Below, in pieces: positions 48,447 through 59,036 of a DNA stretch of 64,000 nucleotides. Every line of letters begins with the position of its first letter. Positions within the stretch are counted from its first letter, which is position 1. The DNA comes from Desulfobacterales bacterium (GTDB taxonomy: Bacteria > Desulfobacterota > Desulfobacteria > Desulfobacterales > UBA2174), in NCBI GenBank assembly GCA_963668645.2, contig CAXXWC010000019.1:608001-672000 (forward strand). The letters are read 5' to 3'. The notes beneath the pieces are model-generated. The model saw only the letters and a list, made by a program, of their open reading frames with translations. It did no database searches and was not told the origin of the DNA. The translations under genes were made by a program, and so were the position numbers.

Positions 48447-49208
48447 TCACAAAGTAATTGAAAAACCTCCATCTACCGGGATTGCCGTACCGGTTAAAAA
48501 ATCAGACGCCGGACTGGCCAGAAACACGGCAATCCCCTCAAGATCACCGGGAGTCCCCCAACGCCCGGCGGGCGTGCGCGCTTCTACGCGTTGCTGTAAG
48601 TCAGTCATAATGCGGCGCGTAATCCGGGTCATCTCCGTGTCAATCCATCCCGGCAAAATGGTGTTGACCTGGATGTTCGCCGGTCCCCAGGCGACGGCCA
48701 GATCACGGCCCATTTGAACGATACCGCCTTTGCTGGCCGCATACGGGGCGAAGCGACCGCCGCCCATAATCGAAGTCATAGAGCCGACGTTGATGATCTT
48801 GCCGCCTCCCTGCGACTGCATAACCGGATAAACTGCTTGGGCGCACAGAAACGAACCCCGCAGATTGATTTCAAGAATCGCATCCCATTCGGCGGTATCG
48901 AACTCTTGAGGAAACTTCTTGATATTTATCCCGGCATTGTTGACCAGAATGTCCACACGCCCCAAGGCGTCCAAAACATTCGCAAGCATGGATTCAATCT
49001 GTTCTTTTACGCGCACGTCCACCGGAACACCGATTACCGGAACACCGAATTCATCTCTGATTTCATTTACGGTCATCTTGGTCTTTTCCTGATCTCTTGC
49101 GGCAATGGCAACCCCGGCCCCGGCCCTTGCAAGTCCGCGTGCCATACTTTTTCCTAGCCCACCGTTTCCACCAGTGACGACGGCCACTTTCCCGTGCAAG
49201 TCAAACAT
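48447..49208 (-). CDS. Short-chain dehydrogenase/reductase (KduD/gluconate 5-dehydrogenase-like)
   Basis: TGGNGGLG, NNAG, YAASKGG, PGWIDT, VDGG. Confidence 0.92.
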   Translation of the reverse strand: MFDLHGKVAVVTGGNGGLGKSMARGLARAGAGVAIAARDQEKTKMTVNEIRDEFGVPVIGVPVDVRVKEQIESMLANVLDALGRVDILVNNAGINIKKFPQEFDTAEWDAILEINLRGSFLCAQAVYPVMQSQGGGKIINVGSMTSIMGGGRFAPYAASKGGIVQMGRDLAVAWGPANIQVNTILPGWIDTEMTRITRRIMTDLQQRVEARTPAGRWGTPGDLEGIAVFLASPASDFLTGTAIPVDGGFSITL

Positions 49209-49279
49209 TGCATAATTCTCCCTATCTATTTTTAAAACATATAAAAATGACCTTGCGTACCTCCCGAATATATAAATGA

Positions 49280-50560
49280 TCAATGGAATCCGAAAAGATT
49301 CGGCAAGATTAGTGTGATGGATGGAATATAGGTGATCAGTAACAGCACCACAATTTCTACTGCAATGAAGGGCATCGCTTTGGCGGTGACCCTCTCAAAG
49401 GGTTTCTGGGCAATGGAGGAAACGACAAACAACGATATTCCTACCGGAGGCGTAACCATACCGATATTCAAATTAACCAGCATGACCAGGGCGAAATGCA
49501 ATGGATCGATTCCCACCTTTGCGGCCACCGGCGCTAAAATAGGTGCCAGAATAATTACGTTGGATCCCGGCTCCATCAACATGCCCATCACCAGCAAAAA
49601 CACGTTGAAAATAAGCAGGATAAAAATTGGGTTTTCAGTAATGCTCAAAAGTTGGGCAGCCACATGGTCCGGAATGCGTTCAATGCTCAAAATCATACCG
49701 AAAATGCGGGCCCCGGCAATAATGATGAGAACCATCGCCGATGTTTTCACTGTTTCAATCAGACACTCCTTGATATCGATCCAACTAAGCGTCTTGAAAA
49801 AACAAATCCCCACAAAAAGGCCATATGCACAGGCTACGGCCGCAGCTTCGGTGGGCGTAAAAATACCCGTCACAATACCGCCGATAATGATCAACGGCAC
49901 CATCAGTCCCACCAAGGACTTCGCGATGATATCAATCGCTTGCGGCCGGCCGATCTTTTCCTTGCGGTAGGGATGGTCTTCGCGCACCGCATAGACATAG
50001 GCCAGAGCCATCAGAGCCAGTCCAATTACCACTCCCGGAATTAACCCTCCCATAAACAATGCTGCCACGGATTCGCCCGTAACCGAAGCATAGATCACCA
50101 TGACGATGCTCGGCGGGATAATGGGACCGATGACGGAAGACACCGCCGTTACCGCTGCCGCATACTCCGGGGTATATCCTTCTTTTTCCATGGTCGGAAT
50201 CAGGATGGATCCAAGCGCCGCTGCATCGGAAGTGGCCGCCCCGGTGAGCCCCGCAAAAAAGATGCTTGCAACGATATTGATATGAGCCAGGCTGCCTCGA
50301 ATCCTTCCCACAATCAAATTGCTCAGTTTCACAAGGTCCTGGGTGATACCGCTTTTGGTCATAAGCTGGCCGGCAAGGATAAAAAACGGAATTGCCAAAA
50401 GAACGAATTCGTCGATCCCGCCATACATACGCATGGCCACAACCTTAAGCGAAATGGTTCCCGATACGAGAATATAGAGTAGACTCGTCAAACCGAGAAC
50501 AAAGGCTACAGGGACTCCTATAACAAGCAGGAGTAAAAATATGAGCCCAATCCATACCAT
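49280..50560 (-). CDS. dctM: TRAP transporter large permease DctM
   Basis: LLAIPFFILAG, GPIIPPSI, FTPTEAA, TPPVG. Confidence 0.95.
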   Translation of the reverse strand: MVWIGLIFLLLLVIGVPVAFVLGLTSLLYILVSGTISLKVVAMRMYGGIDEFVLLAIPFFILAGQLMTKSGITQDLVKLSNLIVGRIRGSLAHINIVASIFFAGLTGAATSDAAALGSILIPTMEKEGYTPEYAAAVTAVSSVIGPIIPPSIVMVIYASVTGESVAALFMGGLIPGVVIGLALMALAYVYAVREDHPYRKEKIGRPQAIDIIAKSLVGLMVPLIIIGGIVTGIFTPTEAAAVACAYGLFVGICFFKTLSWIDIKECLIETVKTSAMVLIIIAGARIFGMILSIERIPDHVAAQLLSITENPIFILLIFNVFLLVMGMLMEPGSNVIILAPILAPVAAKVGIDPLHFALVMLVNLNIGMVTPPVGISLFVVSSIAQKPFERVTAKAMPFIAVEIVVLLLITYIPSITLILPNLFGFH

Positions 50561-50577
50561 GATATTCCCACCTATAT

Positions 50578-51108
50578 TTAATTTTTTTCAGTTGTTTCGG
50601 AAGAGTAAGTTGACGAACGGAACGCTGTCACAACAGCGTGAATCTGATGGACGACCATAAGCACACCGCCGATAAACAGCGCCAGCTTGGCGTAAAACAT
50701 GGGCAGCATGATAACATCACCCTTTATTCCGATAGCATCCACTGCAACCTGCCAGGAAAGGACGGAAAAAAAACAAAAAAAGAAAAGAATCCCTATCTGA
50801 CCAGCCAGATTAATCCATTTACCAATTTTCTCTGGACAAACGGTGATGAAAAATTCTACCCGGATATGCTTGTTTTCCTTCAGCACAACGCTGGAACCGA
50901 TAAATGTAATCCAGACCAGAAACCACCGCGACAGCTCTTCGGTCCATACAAACGTGGTGCCGGCCATCCGGGTGATAACTTCCAAAATAACGACGACTAA
51001 GTCGGCAGCGGCAAGCACCACACATAACAACAGTGCACCCTTGTTTAAAAAATCGCCCAACCGTTCCAAACCCCTATCGATCGTTGCTCCGAATTGTCCG
51101 ATTCCCAT
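50578..51108 (-). CDS. dctQ: TRAP transporter small permease DctQ
   Basis: WTEELSRW, HIRVE; 4 TM. Confidence 0.92.
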   Translation of the reverse strand: MGIGQFGATIDRGLERLGDFLNKGALLLCVVLAAADLVVVILEVITRMAGTTFVWTEELSRWFLVWITFIGSSVVLKENKHIRVEFFITVCPEKIGKWINLAGQIGILFFFCFFSVLSWQVAVDAIGIKGDVIMLPMFYAKLALFIGGVLMVVHQIHAVVTAFRSSTYSSETTEKN

Positions 51109-51200
51109 TTTCTGCTCGCTTTTAAATGGCCGGAGACCGGGTGCCGAGCCCTACCGTAGTTCCTAAAAACCCGGCCTCCGTGGATAAAAAATAAAAGAAT

Positions 51201-52250
51201 TTAGTAGCCGAGTTGTTTTTCGATTTGAGCAACATCAGTCAACACGCTGTTGACGACTTCGGCACCAATTTCAGCCTTGAGCCACTCGACCACTGGTCCC
51301 TGGCACAATTCCTTGAACTTATTTTTCTGTGCATTGGTCGGCGTATAGACCTCCATATGCTTTCTGATAACCTCCATCGCTTCGACATCCGCTAAAACCA
51401 CATCGGCAGATCGATCGGCGACCTGCGCAATTTTGGCCGCCGCCTGGATTATCTGTTGGGCATCGGCGGGCAGTTTTTGAAAAAAAGAATCACTGATCAC
51501 GAAGTTATCATCCGTGTAGGTATGTGCGTCCAACGTCAGATATTTCTGAACCTCATAAAGTTTTGGAATCGGAATAACCGATGGCGGCACTTCCGCCCCA
51601 TCGATAACCCCGGTCTGCAGGGAAGTGTAAACTTCCGGCCAAGCGATGGGAACCGCTTTAGCCCCCAGCGCTTCAACCGTCTTAATAAATATGGGTGACT
51701 CCATCACCCTGAATTTCAGTCCCTTGAAATCTTCAGGGGTGCGCAGTGGTCTGACGTTGTTGTGAAAGCAACGGAATCCGTTCTGGCCGGTCCCAAGAAT
51801 ACGGAAATTCGTTTTTTCCCGCATTCTTTCCTTGAGTGCGGCGAAGGATTGGCTTTCATCAAAAAATTTCCACGCCACTTCATCCGACTGGAACAAATAA
51901 GGAATATAAATAACCTGATATTCAGGGAAAAAACCCGCCATGGTACCGGTTTCCATGGTGGCTTCCAGAACGCCGTTCTGCACCATCTCCAGGCGCTCTT
52001 TGCAAGAGCCCAAAGCCTTGCTGGGAAACAATTCAACCTGAATGGCGCCGTTACTCCTTGCCTCCACCACGCTCTTGAACACAGCACCAAAAGCGTAATC
52101 CTGGTATTTCAAATCGGCCGGGTCATCAAGGCCGACCCGTATTTTTAATGGTTTTTCAGGACTGAAACTCAACGTACCGGCCAAAGCGTTAATACTGAAA
52201 ACGCAACCCAAAAACATCAAAACCGCCGCCATCAAAGCACATTTTTTCAT
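51201..52250 (-). CDS. dctP: TRAP transporter substrate-binding protein DctP
   Basis: Signal peptide; GLKFRVM, EVYTSLQTGVIDG; GGAGG RBS before ATG 52250. Confidence 0.93.
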   Translation of the reverse strand: MKKCALMAAVLMFLGCVFSINALAGTLSFSPEKPLKIRVGLDDPADLKYQDYAFGAVFKSVVEARSNGAIQVELFPSKALGSCKERLEMVQNGVLEATMETGTMAGFFPEYQVIYIPYLFQSDEVAWKFFDESQSFAALKERMREKTNFRILGTGQNGFRCFHNNVRPLRTPEDFKGLKFRVMESPIFIKTVEALGAKAVPIAWPEVYTSLQTGVIDGAEVPPSVIPIPKLYEVQKYLTLDAHTYTDDNFVISDSFFQKLPADAQQIIQAAAKIAQVADRSADVVLADVEAMEVIRKHMEVYTPTNAQKNKFKELCQGPVVEWLKAEIGAEVVNSVLTDVAQIEKQLGY

Positions 52251-52348
52251 CTTTTGAATCCTCCCTTGCATCGCATTAGTTTGACCCGCTCAAACCACAT
52301 CTTCACGCACCTTTCCCAAAGATTTACCGTATGCCCGTTGCCAGCTCA

Positions 52349-53314
52349 TTATGATGAATGTTTTTCTAAGTGTTGCACCAATTCCGGAAGGATTTCGTAC
52401 AAGTCCCCCTCTACTGCCAAATCGGCCACTTTCATCATATTGGCCTCCCGGTCTTTGTTGATGGCAACAATATGTTTGGATGCCCCCATACCCGCTATGT
52501 GCTGAATGGCGCCCGATATTCCGCAAGCCACATAAAGGTTTGGGGTCACGACCTTACCCGTCTGCCCCACCTGGTGCTGCTGGCTACGCCATCCCGCATC
52601 CACAGCAGCCCGCGAAGCCCCTACCGCACCTTCCAGTGCATCTGCCAGTTGCTCGATCAGGGCGAAACCTTCCGCTTTACCCAATCCACGGCCTCCTGAA
52701 ACCACGATTTCCGCCTCGGTTAGTTCCGGTCGCACACTCTTCTGCAACTCCACCCCTTTCATCCTGACTTTGGGGGATGGGAGTTCAACTGTTAAGCGCC
52801 GTACCTGTCCTTCACCGCTTTTCGTTCTTATAGAAAAATTGTTGGGCCTCAGGGTAACCAGCTTCACCGCCGTGTCTATTTTTAGCTTGACGTTGATCTT
52901 TCCCGCATACAAAGGACGGATTAAACCGATTTCCTGCCCTTCAAGATCCATGGCGACGCAATCCGATGCCAAACCGGCGCCCATCCTCTCGGCTAGGCGG
53001 GGGACCAGATCTTTTCCCATGGCAGTATGGGCGAAAAGCACCCATTGGGAGCCCACCATCCGAATCATCTCTTCCAGCAGAAAGGTAAAACTTTCTGTGC
53101 AGTAAAAAGAAACAGCATCATCTTCGGCAATCATAATTTCATCGGCGCCATAGGCTGTCACCTCATCGACAAGGCCAGCTACCTTGCCGCCGATTAGGGC
53201 AACGACCAATCGCTCTCCCATACTGTCCGCAACAACCCGTCCCTGGCATACCGCCTCGCAGGCCGACTTTCGCAACAGGGCATCGCACGCTTCTGCAAAA
53301 ACAAAGACAGACAT
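52349..53314 (-). CDS. etfA: Electron transfer flavoprotein alpha subunit
   Basis: VSGGRG, GASRAAVDAGW, QVGQTGK, GISGAIQH. Confidence 0.95.
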   Translation of the reverse strand: MSVFVFAEACDALLRKSACEAVCQGRVVADSMGERLVVALIGGKVAGLVDEVTAYGADEIMIAEDDAVSFYCTESFTFLLEEMIRMVGSQWVLFAHTAMGKDLVPRLAERMGAGLASDCVAMDLEGQEIGLIRPLYAGKINVKLKIDTAVKLVTLRPNNFSIRTKSGEGQVRRLTVELPSPKVRMKGVELQKSVRPELTEAEIVVSGGRGLGKAEGFALIEQLADALEGAVGASRAAVDAGWRSQQHQVGQTGKVVTPNLYVACGISGAIQHIAGMGASKHIVAINKDREANMMKVADLAVEGDLYEILPELVQHLEKHSS

Positions 53315-53328
53315 CCCCTTTTCCCTCC

Positions 53329-54102
53329 CTATATTGCCTTGATTTCATCTTTCAGATATTGAATCAACTCCGTAACGACCTCCGCTGTCTCCCCGGAAAT
53401 CAACCGCCCCTTTTCCCTCGGTTCAGGGAAAACATACTCCACCACCCTCACCTGAGGTATAATCTCCTGTGGGGTTAGATCTAGGTCCGATAGCGATATG
53501 GATTTAATCGGCAGCCGGGAGGCCTTCATCACCAAACGCAAAGAAGGATACCGAACTTCATTGATCCCTTTTTGCACCGACAAAACCACCGGGAGTTTCA
53601 CTTCAAGCGACTCCGTTCCTCCGTCAACGTCCCTCCTGGCATCAACGACTCCGTCTGCAATTTGAAAATCAGAGACCACGTTGATTTGAGGCAGGTCCAA
53701 TATCTCGGCCAGACGTGAAGGCACCTGGGATGCAGCCATATCAACCGATTCCCGGCCGCAAAGAATCAAATCATAGTCCAGGCTGTTGATCGCCCGGCCA
53801 AGTACCAGAGCCACGCTGTGACTGTCCGCATCCTTCAGGGCGGGATCATTGACCAAAACCGCATGATCCACACCCATGGCCAGACATTGCTGCAAAGCGG
53901 AACGTGCCTTGTCAGTTCCGATTGTTACCGCCGTTATTTCACCACCCTCGCGTTCTTTGATGCGGATGGCTGTTTCCACGGCAAACTCGTCATAGGGATT
54001 CACAACCAAAAGCGCTTTGCTGTCATCAATTCGGCCGTTGTCTGTCAGACAAATCTTTGCTTCAGTATCAAATGTCTGCTTTACGCACACCACGATATTC
54101 AT
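53329..54102 (-). CDS. etfB: Electron transfer flavoprotein beta subunit
   Basis: MNIVVCVKQ, NPYDEFAVE, NEVRYPSL. Confidence 0.95.
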   Translation of the reverse strand: MNIVVCVKQTFDTEAKICLTDNGRIDDSKALLVVNPYDEFAVETAIRIKEREGGEITAVTIGTDKARSALQQCLAMGVDHAVLVNDPALKDADSHSVALVLGRAINSLDYDLILCGRESVDMAASQVPSRLAEILDLPQINVVSDFQIADGVVDARRDVDGGTESLEVKLPVVLSVQKGINEVRYPSLRLVMKASRLPIKSISLSDLDLTPQEIIPQVRVVEYVFPEPREKGRLISGETAEVVTELIQYLKDEIKAI

Positions 54103-54110
54103 TTTCCCCC

Positions 54111-55301
54111 CTACAGTTCCAAAGCTTCCACAAGCAGCTCGGCGATATCTAATACCTTTATCCGGTTCTGCATTTGTAAGTCTCTGACCGCGTTGTGCAG
54201 CATAAGGTGACACCACGGACATGCTGTGGCGATCACATCGGCACCCGTCGCCAGCGCTTGCTCCACGCGCATGTCGGCAAGACGCTTTTCCTCCTCCATC
54301 TCGGCATACATCCGGCCACCACCACCACCGCAACAAAGGCTGTCCTTGCGATTCATGGGCATCTCGACAAATTTTATCCCCGGAAGTGCTTGGATAAGTT
54401 CTCTTGGCGCCTCATCGATACCGTTATGTTTTGCCAGATAACAGGGGTCATGATAGGTGACGGTGTGGGGTATCCTTTTTAAGAAATCCGGCCCCTTCGC
54501 CTTTATGCAGGAGGCTAAAAATTGCACATAGTGCTCGACCACAAATTCCTTTTTCAGATTTTCATATTTTTTGGTAAAAGCATTGAAACAGTGCGGCGAA
54601 ATCGTCACGATTCTTTTAATACCCGACGCTCTGAATTTTTCGACATTGCGACTGGTCATTTCCTGAAAAAGAAACTCATCGCCGAGACTGCGCACCGGAT
54701 CACCGCAACAGACTTCACTTTCCAAAACACCGAAGTCCACTTCGAAAAATTGCAAAAGTTTCACCAGGCTACGCGCCAAGCTGTGCAGTTCAGGTTCGTA
54801 GGACGCCGTGCAACCCACGTAGTAAAGGACTTCGGCCTTTTCGCCGGGAAGATTTTTTACCTTGATATCGCCCAGCCACGCCATCCGTTTATCAGGAGAC
54901 TCCCCATAGGGATTGCCGTATTTGTAAATTGACTCCAGTGCGTTTCGCTGCCCGGGCAAAGGCCCGATCATGCTCTCCAGCAAATACTTGCGTCCCGCCT
55001 CAATGACTTCCAAAAGCGGCATACCGGCGCTGACGCTGGCACATGTGATCTCACAGGTCCTGCATGTGGTACAGGCATAAACAATGTCGCGCAGATCCTT
55101 CCTATCCGTATCCGTCAGTTTGTCGCCCCACTTGACGGCATAGTAAAGGGACTGCAAAATTCCAGATGGCCCCTGCACCTGAAAGCCTATAGTGGAATCA
55201 AAATTCGGGCAGGCGGAAAAGCAAAAATTGCAGTTATAGCAACTGCTGCACACGTCCTCGATACGGTCAGTTAATGCTTTAATTTCAATGTCTTCGTTCA
55301 C
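54111..55301 (-). CDS. Fe-S oxidoreductase with CCG domains (GlcF/HdrD-like)
   Basis: CYNCNFCFSACP, CTTCRTC, EVCCG, TYHDPCYL, CCGGGGG, TACPWC; AAGGAG RBS before GTG 55301. Confidence 0.9.
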   Translation of the reverse strand: MNEDIEIKALTDRIEDVCSSCYNCNFCFSACPNFDSTIGFQVQGPSGILQSLYYAVKWGDKLTDTDRKDLRDIVYACTTCRTCEITCASVSAGMPLLEVIEAGRKYLLESMIGPLPGQRNALESIYKYGNPYGESPDKRMAWLGDIKVKNLPGEKAEVLYYVGCTASYEPELHSLARSLVKLLQFFEVDFGVLESEVCCGDPVRSLGDEFLFQEMTSRNVEKFRASGIKRIVTISPHCFNAFTKKYENLKKEFVVEHYVQFLASCIKAKGPDFLKRIPHTVTYHDPCYLAKHNGIDEAPRELIQALPGIKFVEMPMNRKDSLCCGGGGGRMYAEMEEEKRLADMRVEQALATGADVIATACPWCHLMLHNAVRDLQMQNRIKVLDIAELLVEALEL

Positions 55302-55321
55302 AAATCGTTCTCCTTTGCCCA

Positions 55322-56752
55322 CTACCGGTAGCCTTCAAGAATTCCCGGATTCAATATGTTGTTAGGGTCCATCATCTGTTTCAATCCCTTGATGATCCCG
55401 TATCCTGTCTTTCCATACTTGCGGATAAAAAACGGGGTCCGCACTGAAAATTGGCCCCATTCGCCGCCCGCGGTGTCATATTTAAGATTTAGTTCAGTTT
55501 CTTTTTGAAAAAGCTCCCTGACTGCCTCCCGTCTCTTGCCCTTGTCCCAGTTTCTGGGAATCAGTACCGAGGGATGCAGGGTCAAGGCCCCGATATGCCC
55601 ATAGATGTAATTTCGAAGTTCTCCCACTGTCGGAAGGTCCTTGTTGAAGTTAACGCAATCTTCCATGAACGGAACCAATTCTTTCAGGTTGGAGACCACC
55701 TCCACCGAATGAATCATATCCCCGCTCTGCTGCATCAAATAAGGCCCGATTACCTCACGAGCCCCCCAAATTTTGTGCCAGTCTTTTTCATCCGTGACGG
55801 CATAAGTGTCCGTGGCTTTTTCCGCTTCCATCGCTCGGAGAATTTGAGCCGTTTTTTCGGAGGCCTCCTTGCGGGAAAAGCCAGCCTCAATAAACAGCAC
55901 AATAGCGCCTTTGGGAGGCTCCAAGCCCTTGATTCCATAACCCAGTGCCGCAACGTCCTGGGCCATCATTTCCATGGCGACGGGAACCGGATGGTGTTCG
56001 GTAAATACCCGCTGAACTCCCCGGGCCATATCGCTCAAATTTGAAAATTCCGCTATCCCATATGACTGCTGGAAGTCAGGTACCAAAAGCATACGGATTT
56101 TCGTTACCACCCCCAGGATTCCGTCACTGCCGACAAATAATTTTCCGATGTCTGTTCCGGCAATTCGCCGCAAGCCTTTTGACCCGGTTTCGACGATCTG
56201 ACCGTCGGGTAAAACAACCTCAAGGCCCAGAACATAATCTCCGGGTTTTCCCATACAGGCATCAACCAGATGCCCACTCGTGTTATTGGCAATCAACCCT
56301 CCCATGGAAGCAATCAATCGACTCCCCGGCCATATCGGCAAAAAACAACCGATTCTCCCCAGCGCTTCGGCCACTTTTCCGGCTGTAATTCCCGGTTCAC
56401 ACTCAAAGTATCCGTAGTCTTCAAGAATCTCCAGTTTCTGCATACGGTGGGTATTGATCATGATACCGGGCCGGTGAGGTCGGCTGTGAGCAGAAAGCGA
56501 GGTTCCTGAAGCACGAACAAAAACAGGAGTCTTTTCTGAATTGGCATATTTTAAAATTGCACTGATTTCTTCTTTATCTTTCGGCATCACCACCACATAT
56601 GGGAGAATATCTTCTTCTACCTCATAGGCCCGCGGTACCGTGCAGTTTTTAATTTTTTCAAACAAACTCGTGGAAACATATTTGGCTGTCACGATTTCTT
56701 CCATCGCCTTGATTATGTTTTCAATATTGCTTTCTTGCCTGGAATTTATCAC
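55322..56752 (-). CDS. FAD-binding oxidoreductase (GlcD/D-lactate dehydrogenase-like)
   Basis: ASMGGLIANN, YVLGLEVVLPDG, GSDGILGVVT, DPNNILNPG. Confidence 0.9.
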   Translation of the reverse strand: MINSRQESNIENIIKAMEEIVTAKYVSTSLFEKIKNCTVPRAYEVEEDILPYVVVMPKDKEEISAILKYANSEKTPVFVRASGTSLSAHSRPHRPGIMINTHRMQKLEILEDYGYFECEPGITAGKVAEALGRIGCFLPIWPGSRLIASMGGLIANNTSGHLVDACMGKPGDYVLGLEVVLPDGQIVETGSKGLRRIAGTDIGKLFVGSDGILGVVTKIRMLLVPDFQQSYGIAEFSNLSDMARGVQRVFTEHHPVPVAMEMMAQDVAALGYGIKGLEPPKGAIVLFIEAGFSRKEASEKTAQILRAMEAEKATDTYAVTDEKDWHKIWGAREVIGPYLMQQSGDMIHSVEVVSNLKELVPFMEDCVNFNKDLPTVGELRNYIYGHIGALTLHPSVLIPRNWDKGKRREAVRELFQKETELNLKYDTAGGEWGQFSVRTPFFIRKYGKTGYGIIKGLKQMMDPNNILNPGILEGYR

Positions 56753-56891
56753 CTTTTTCTCCTCATTTTAAATTTTGAAAAATCTTCGCTCGGCGAGCTT
56801 CAGAGAATATGGTCGCAATTAACGCCATCAGTTGGACGTGATCCGATTGCCTTCACCGGCATAGATTCTTTAAGCTACCAGCGGCCTAATT

Positions 56892-57003
56892 TTGACAATT
56901 TCGTAAAAAACTCAAAAAACGTCATCCCCCGATTTTTAGACTAATGATTTCAATTTGTTACGGCGATAAAAATTTCATAATCTTACGTTTACGAACGAGT
57001 CAA
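56892..57003. repeat. Short MITE-like element with imperfect terminal inverted repeats
   Basis: TTGACAATTTCGTAAA versus reverse complement TTGACTCGTTCGTAAA. Confidence 0.5.
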
Positions 57004-57779
57004 TCTTCATCAAGATAACCCAAACGCCTTGAAATTTTTTCAGCCGTATCTTTGACTGCAGGAATAAAACTATTTTCTATTTTCTCACTAACCATCCTGA
57101 ATGCCGGGCCGCTTAAACTGATGGCTGCAACGACCCTGCTGCTACTATCCCATACAGGCGCTGCGACACACCTGACATCCTTTTCGTGTTCGCAATCGTC
57201 AATGGCGTAGCCGACTTTCCGTATGTACGCCAAGTGAGCTTTCAATTCTTCGCTGTTGCATATCGTTTTTTGGGTATAGCGCTTCCGGGGGATTTTCTTT
57301 ATATACAAATCGAGTTCATCCTTTGGCAAATAAGCAAGCAACGCTTTGCCGACGCCTGTGCAATAGGCCGGTGCGACAATCCCGGTACCCGAGGCCATTC
57401 TTATGGCCTCGGGTCCCTCCACTTTATCCAAATAAAAAATCTGCAAATCCCTCAAAATAGCCAAGTGCACGGTTTCACGACACATTTCTGACAAATCGGA
57501 TATCAGCGTCATGGCCTCTTTGTGAAGATCGGTTTTGTTGAGATAGACACTTCCGATATGAAAAAGCCAGTGCGTGAGACTATACTCTTTGGTTTTCTCC
57601 TCTCTCCTTAAAAACCCGGCTCTTTCCAGGGAATAGAGAAGGCGCGTTACGGTGCTCCGGTTCAGTCCCAGTAATTTAGCCAGTTCACTGTTGGTATAAT
57701 ACGGTTTTGTCACACTAAAAGACTTCAGTATCTGGGCTGCTCGCAATACAGAATTTATCAAATACCGATCTTCAGACAT
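57000..57779 (-). CDS. IclR family transcriptional regulator
   Basis: SVLRAAQIL, LGLNRSTVTRLL, ETVHLA, YCTGVGKALLA, RCVAAPV. Confidence 0.95.
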   Translation of the reverse strand: MSEDRYLINSVLRAAQILKSFSVTKPYYTNSELAKLLGLNRSTVTRLLYSLERAGFLRREEKTKEYSLTHWLFHIGSVYLNKTDLHKEAMTLISDLSEMCRETVHLAILRDLQIFYLDKVEGPEAIRMASGTGIVAPAYCTGVGKALLAYLPKDELDLYIKKIPRKRYTQKTICNSEELKAHLAYIRKVGYAIDDCEHEKDVRCVAAPVWDSSSRVVAAISLSGPAFRMVSEKIENSFIPAVKDTAEKISRRLGYLDED

Positions 57780-58172
57780 ATACTCTTTCCTCCTTTAAAT
57801 TCATAATTGAAGTCACGGCGGTTAATCTTCGCAGATTCAGCCGCGTCGATTGTGCCAAAAAGGCTACCGCCGCCCAGAGATGAGTTTTGCATAACACTTT
57901 TAAATCGGTACTAAAAATCAGGTAAAGGAGCTGCATTTTAAGGTAACTCCGGATTCAGGATCTACACACTTCCAATCGAATTTCTCCATTAGAATCGGTA
58001 TGCGCAGACCGGTGATAATGTGCCATAAAACCCTTGCCAATCGTAGGATTAGTACGGACTGCCTGCCTTTAAAAGTACCCCAATAATGTATATCCGCCCA
58101 GCGAATAATATTGCCTGCTGCAAAAATTTCGGGCAACTATGATTTTCTTCTCTTCTGCAACGTTTACTCCCT

Positions 58173-58212
58173 TGAGTCAATGTCGTTAACTAAAGTTAAC
58201 GACATTGACTCA
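58173..58212. repeat. Perfect inverted repeat with 18-bp arms (hairpin) downstream of the TatD-like gene
   Basis: TGAGTCAATGTCGTTAAC-TAAA-GTTAACGACATTGACTCA. Confidence 0.85.
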
Positions 58213-58222
58213 TCAGTACTGA

Positions 58223-59023
58223 TCACGACAGCCCATAAGCCGTTTCACAGTTTAAACAGCAAACCTTCTCGATAGCTTCATCGGAAATCCCTTTTCGTTT
58301 CATAGCCATTGCCGTTTTCGGTACGGATAAAGGATCGGAAGGCAAACCACTACAGTCACTGTTCACCATTACCCGCTCATAGCCGTGCTTTTGAATTGTT
58401 TCGGCCGCCATTTCGGGAGTGATGCCGCGCCATGGCTGTACGCTGACAGCCGCCCATGCACCGGCATCTATCACCATTTTAATGTTTGCTTCCGAGCAGT
58501 GGTCGACAACAACCTTGGATAGAGAAAGTCCCGCGTCTTTGCATAATTCTAGCATTTGTTGCGTATACTTTTTCTTCACATCGGAGGCATTCGGGGTGTG
58601 AAAATCAACACAGATTCCGACATCTGCGGCAATACGTAACTGGTTTCTTACAAAAGCTTCCTGCTGCTGCAAGTCTTTACAGGTATTGGAGTTCGGCTCA
58701 ATGCCAATCTCTCCGATGGCCACCACATCAGGACGCTTGAGATATTCTGGCAGTAGCTCATACAATCTTGCAGGATCTTCCTTGGGTGTACTCACCATGC
58801 TGATCCCGATCATACCGTAGGGTTCGATTAACTGACCTCTGGCTCTTGCGAATTCAATATCAAAAAGATAATCCCACACATCCTGGATCGTTTCACAACT
58901 TACGGCCTTTCCGGCAGCCAGTTGGACTGGAGAAACTATCTTTCTGACTCCTGACAAATACATTTGTTGCAAGCTGGACCACGATAGTGCATCAAGATGG
59001 GTATGCGAATCTGAATAATTCAT
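58223..59023 (-). CDS. TatD-related metal-dependent hydrolase
   Basis: DSHTH, VAIGEIG, FHTP, VVDH, VNSDC; AAGGAG RBS. Confidence 0.85.
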   Translation of the reverse strand: MNYSDSHTHLDALSWSSLQQMYLSGVRKIVSPVQLAAGKAVSCETIQDVWDYLFDIEFARARGQLIEPYGMIGISMVSTPKEDPARLYELLPEYLKRPDVVAIGEIGIEPNSNTCKDLQQQEAFVRNQLRIAADVGICVDFHTPNASDVKKKYTQQMLELCKDAGLSLSKVVVDHCSEANIKMVIDAGAWAAVSVQPWRGITPEMAAETIQKHGYERVMVNSDCSGLPSDPLSVPKTAMAMKRKGISDEAIEKVCCLNCETAYGLS

Positions 59024-59036
59024 GTCAATTTTCTCC

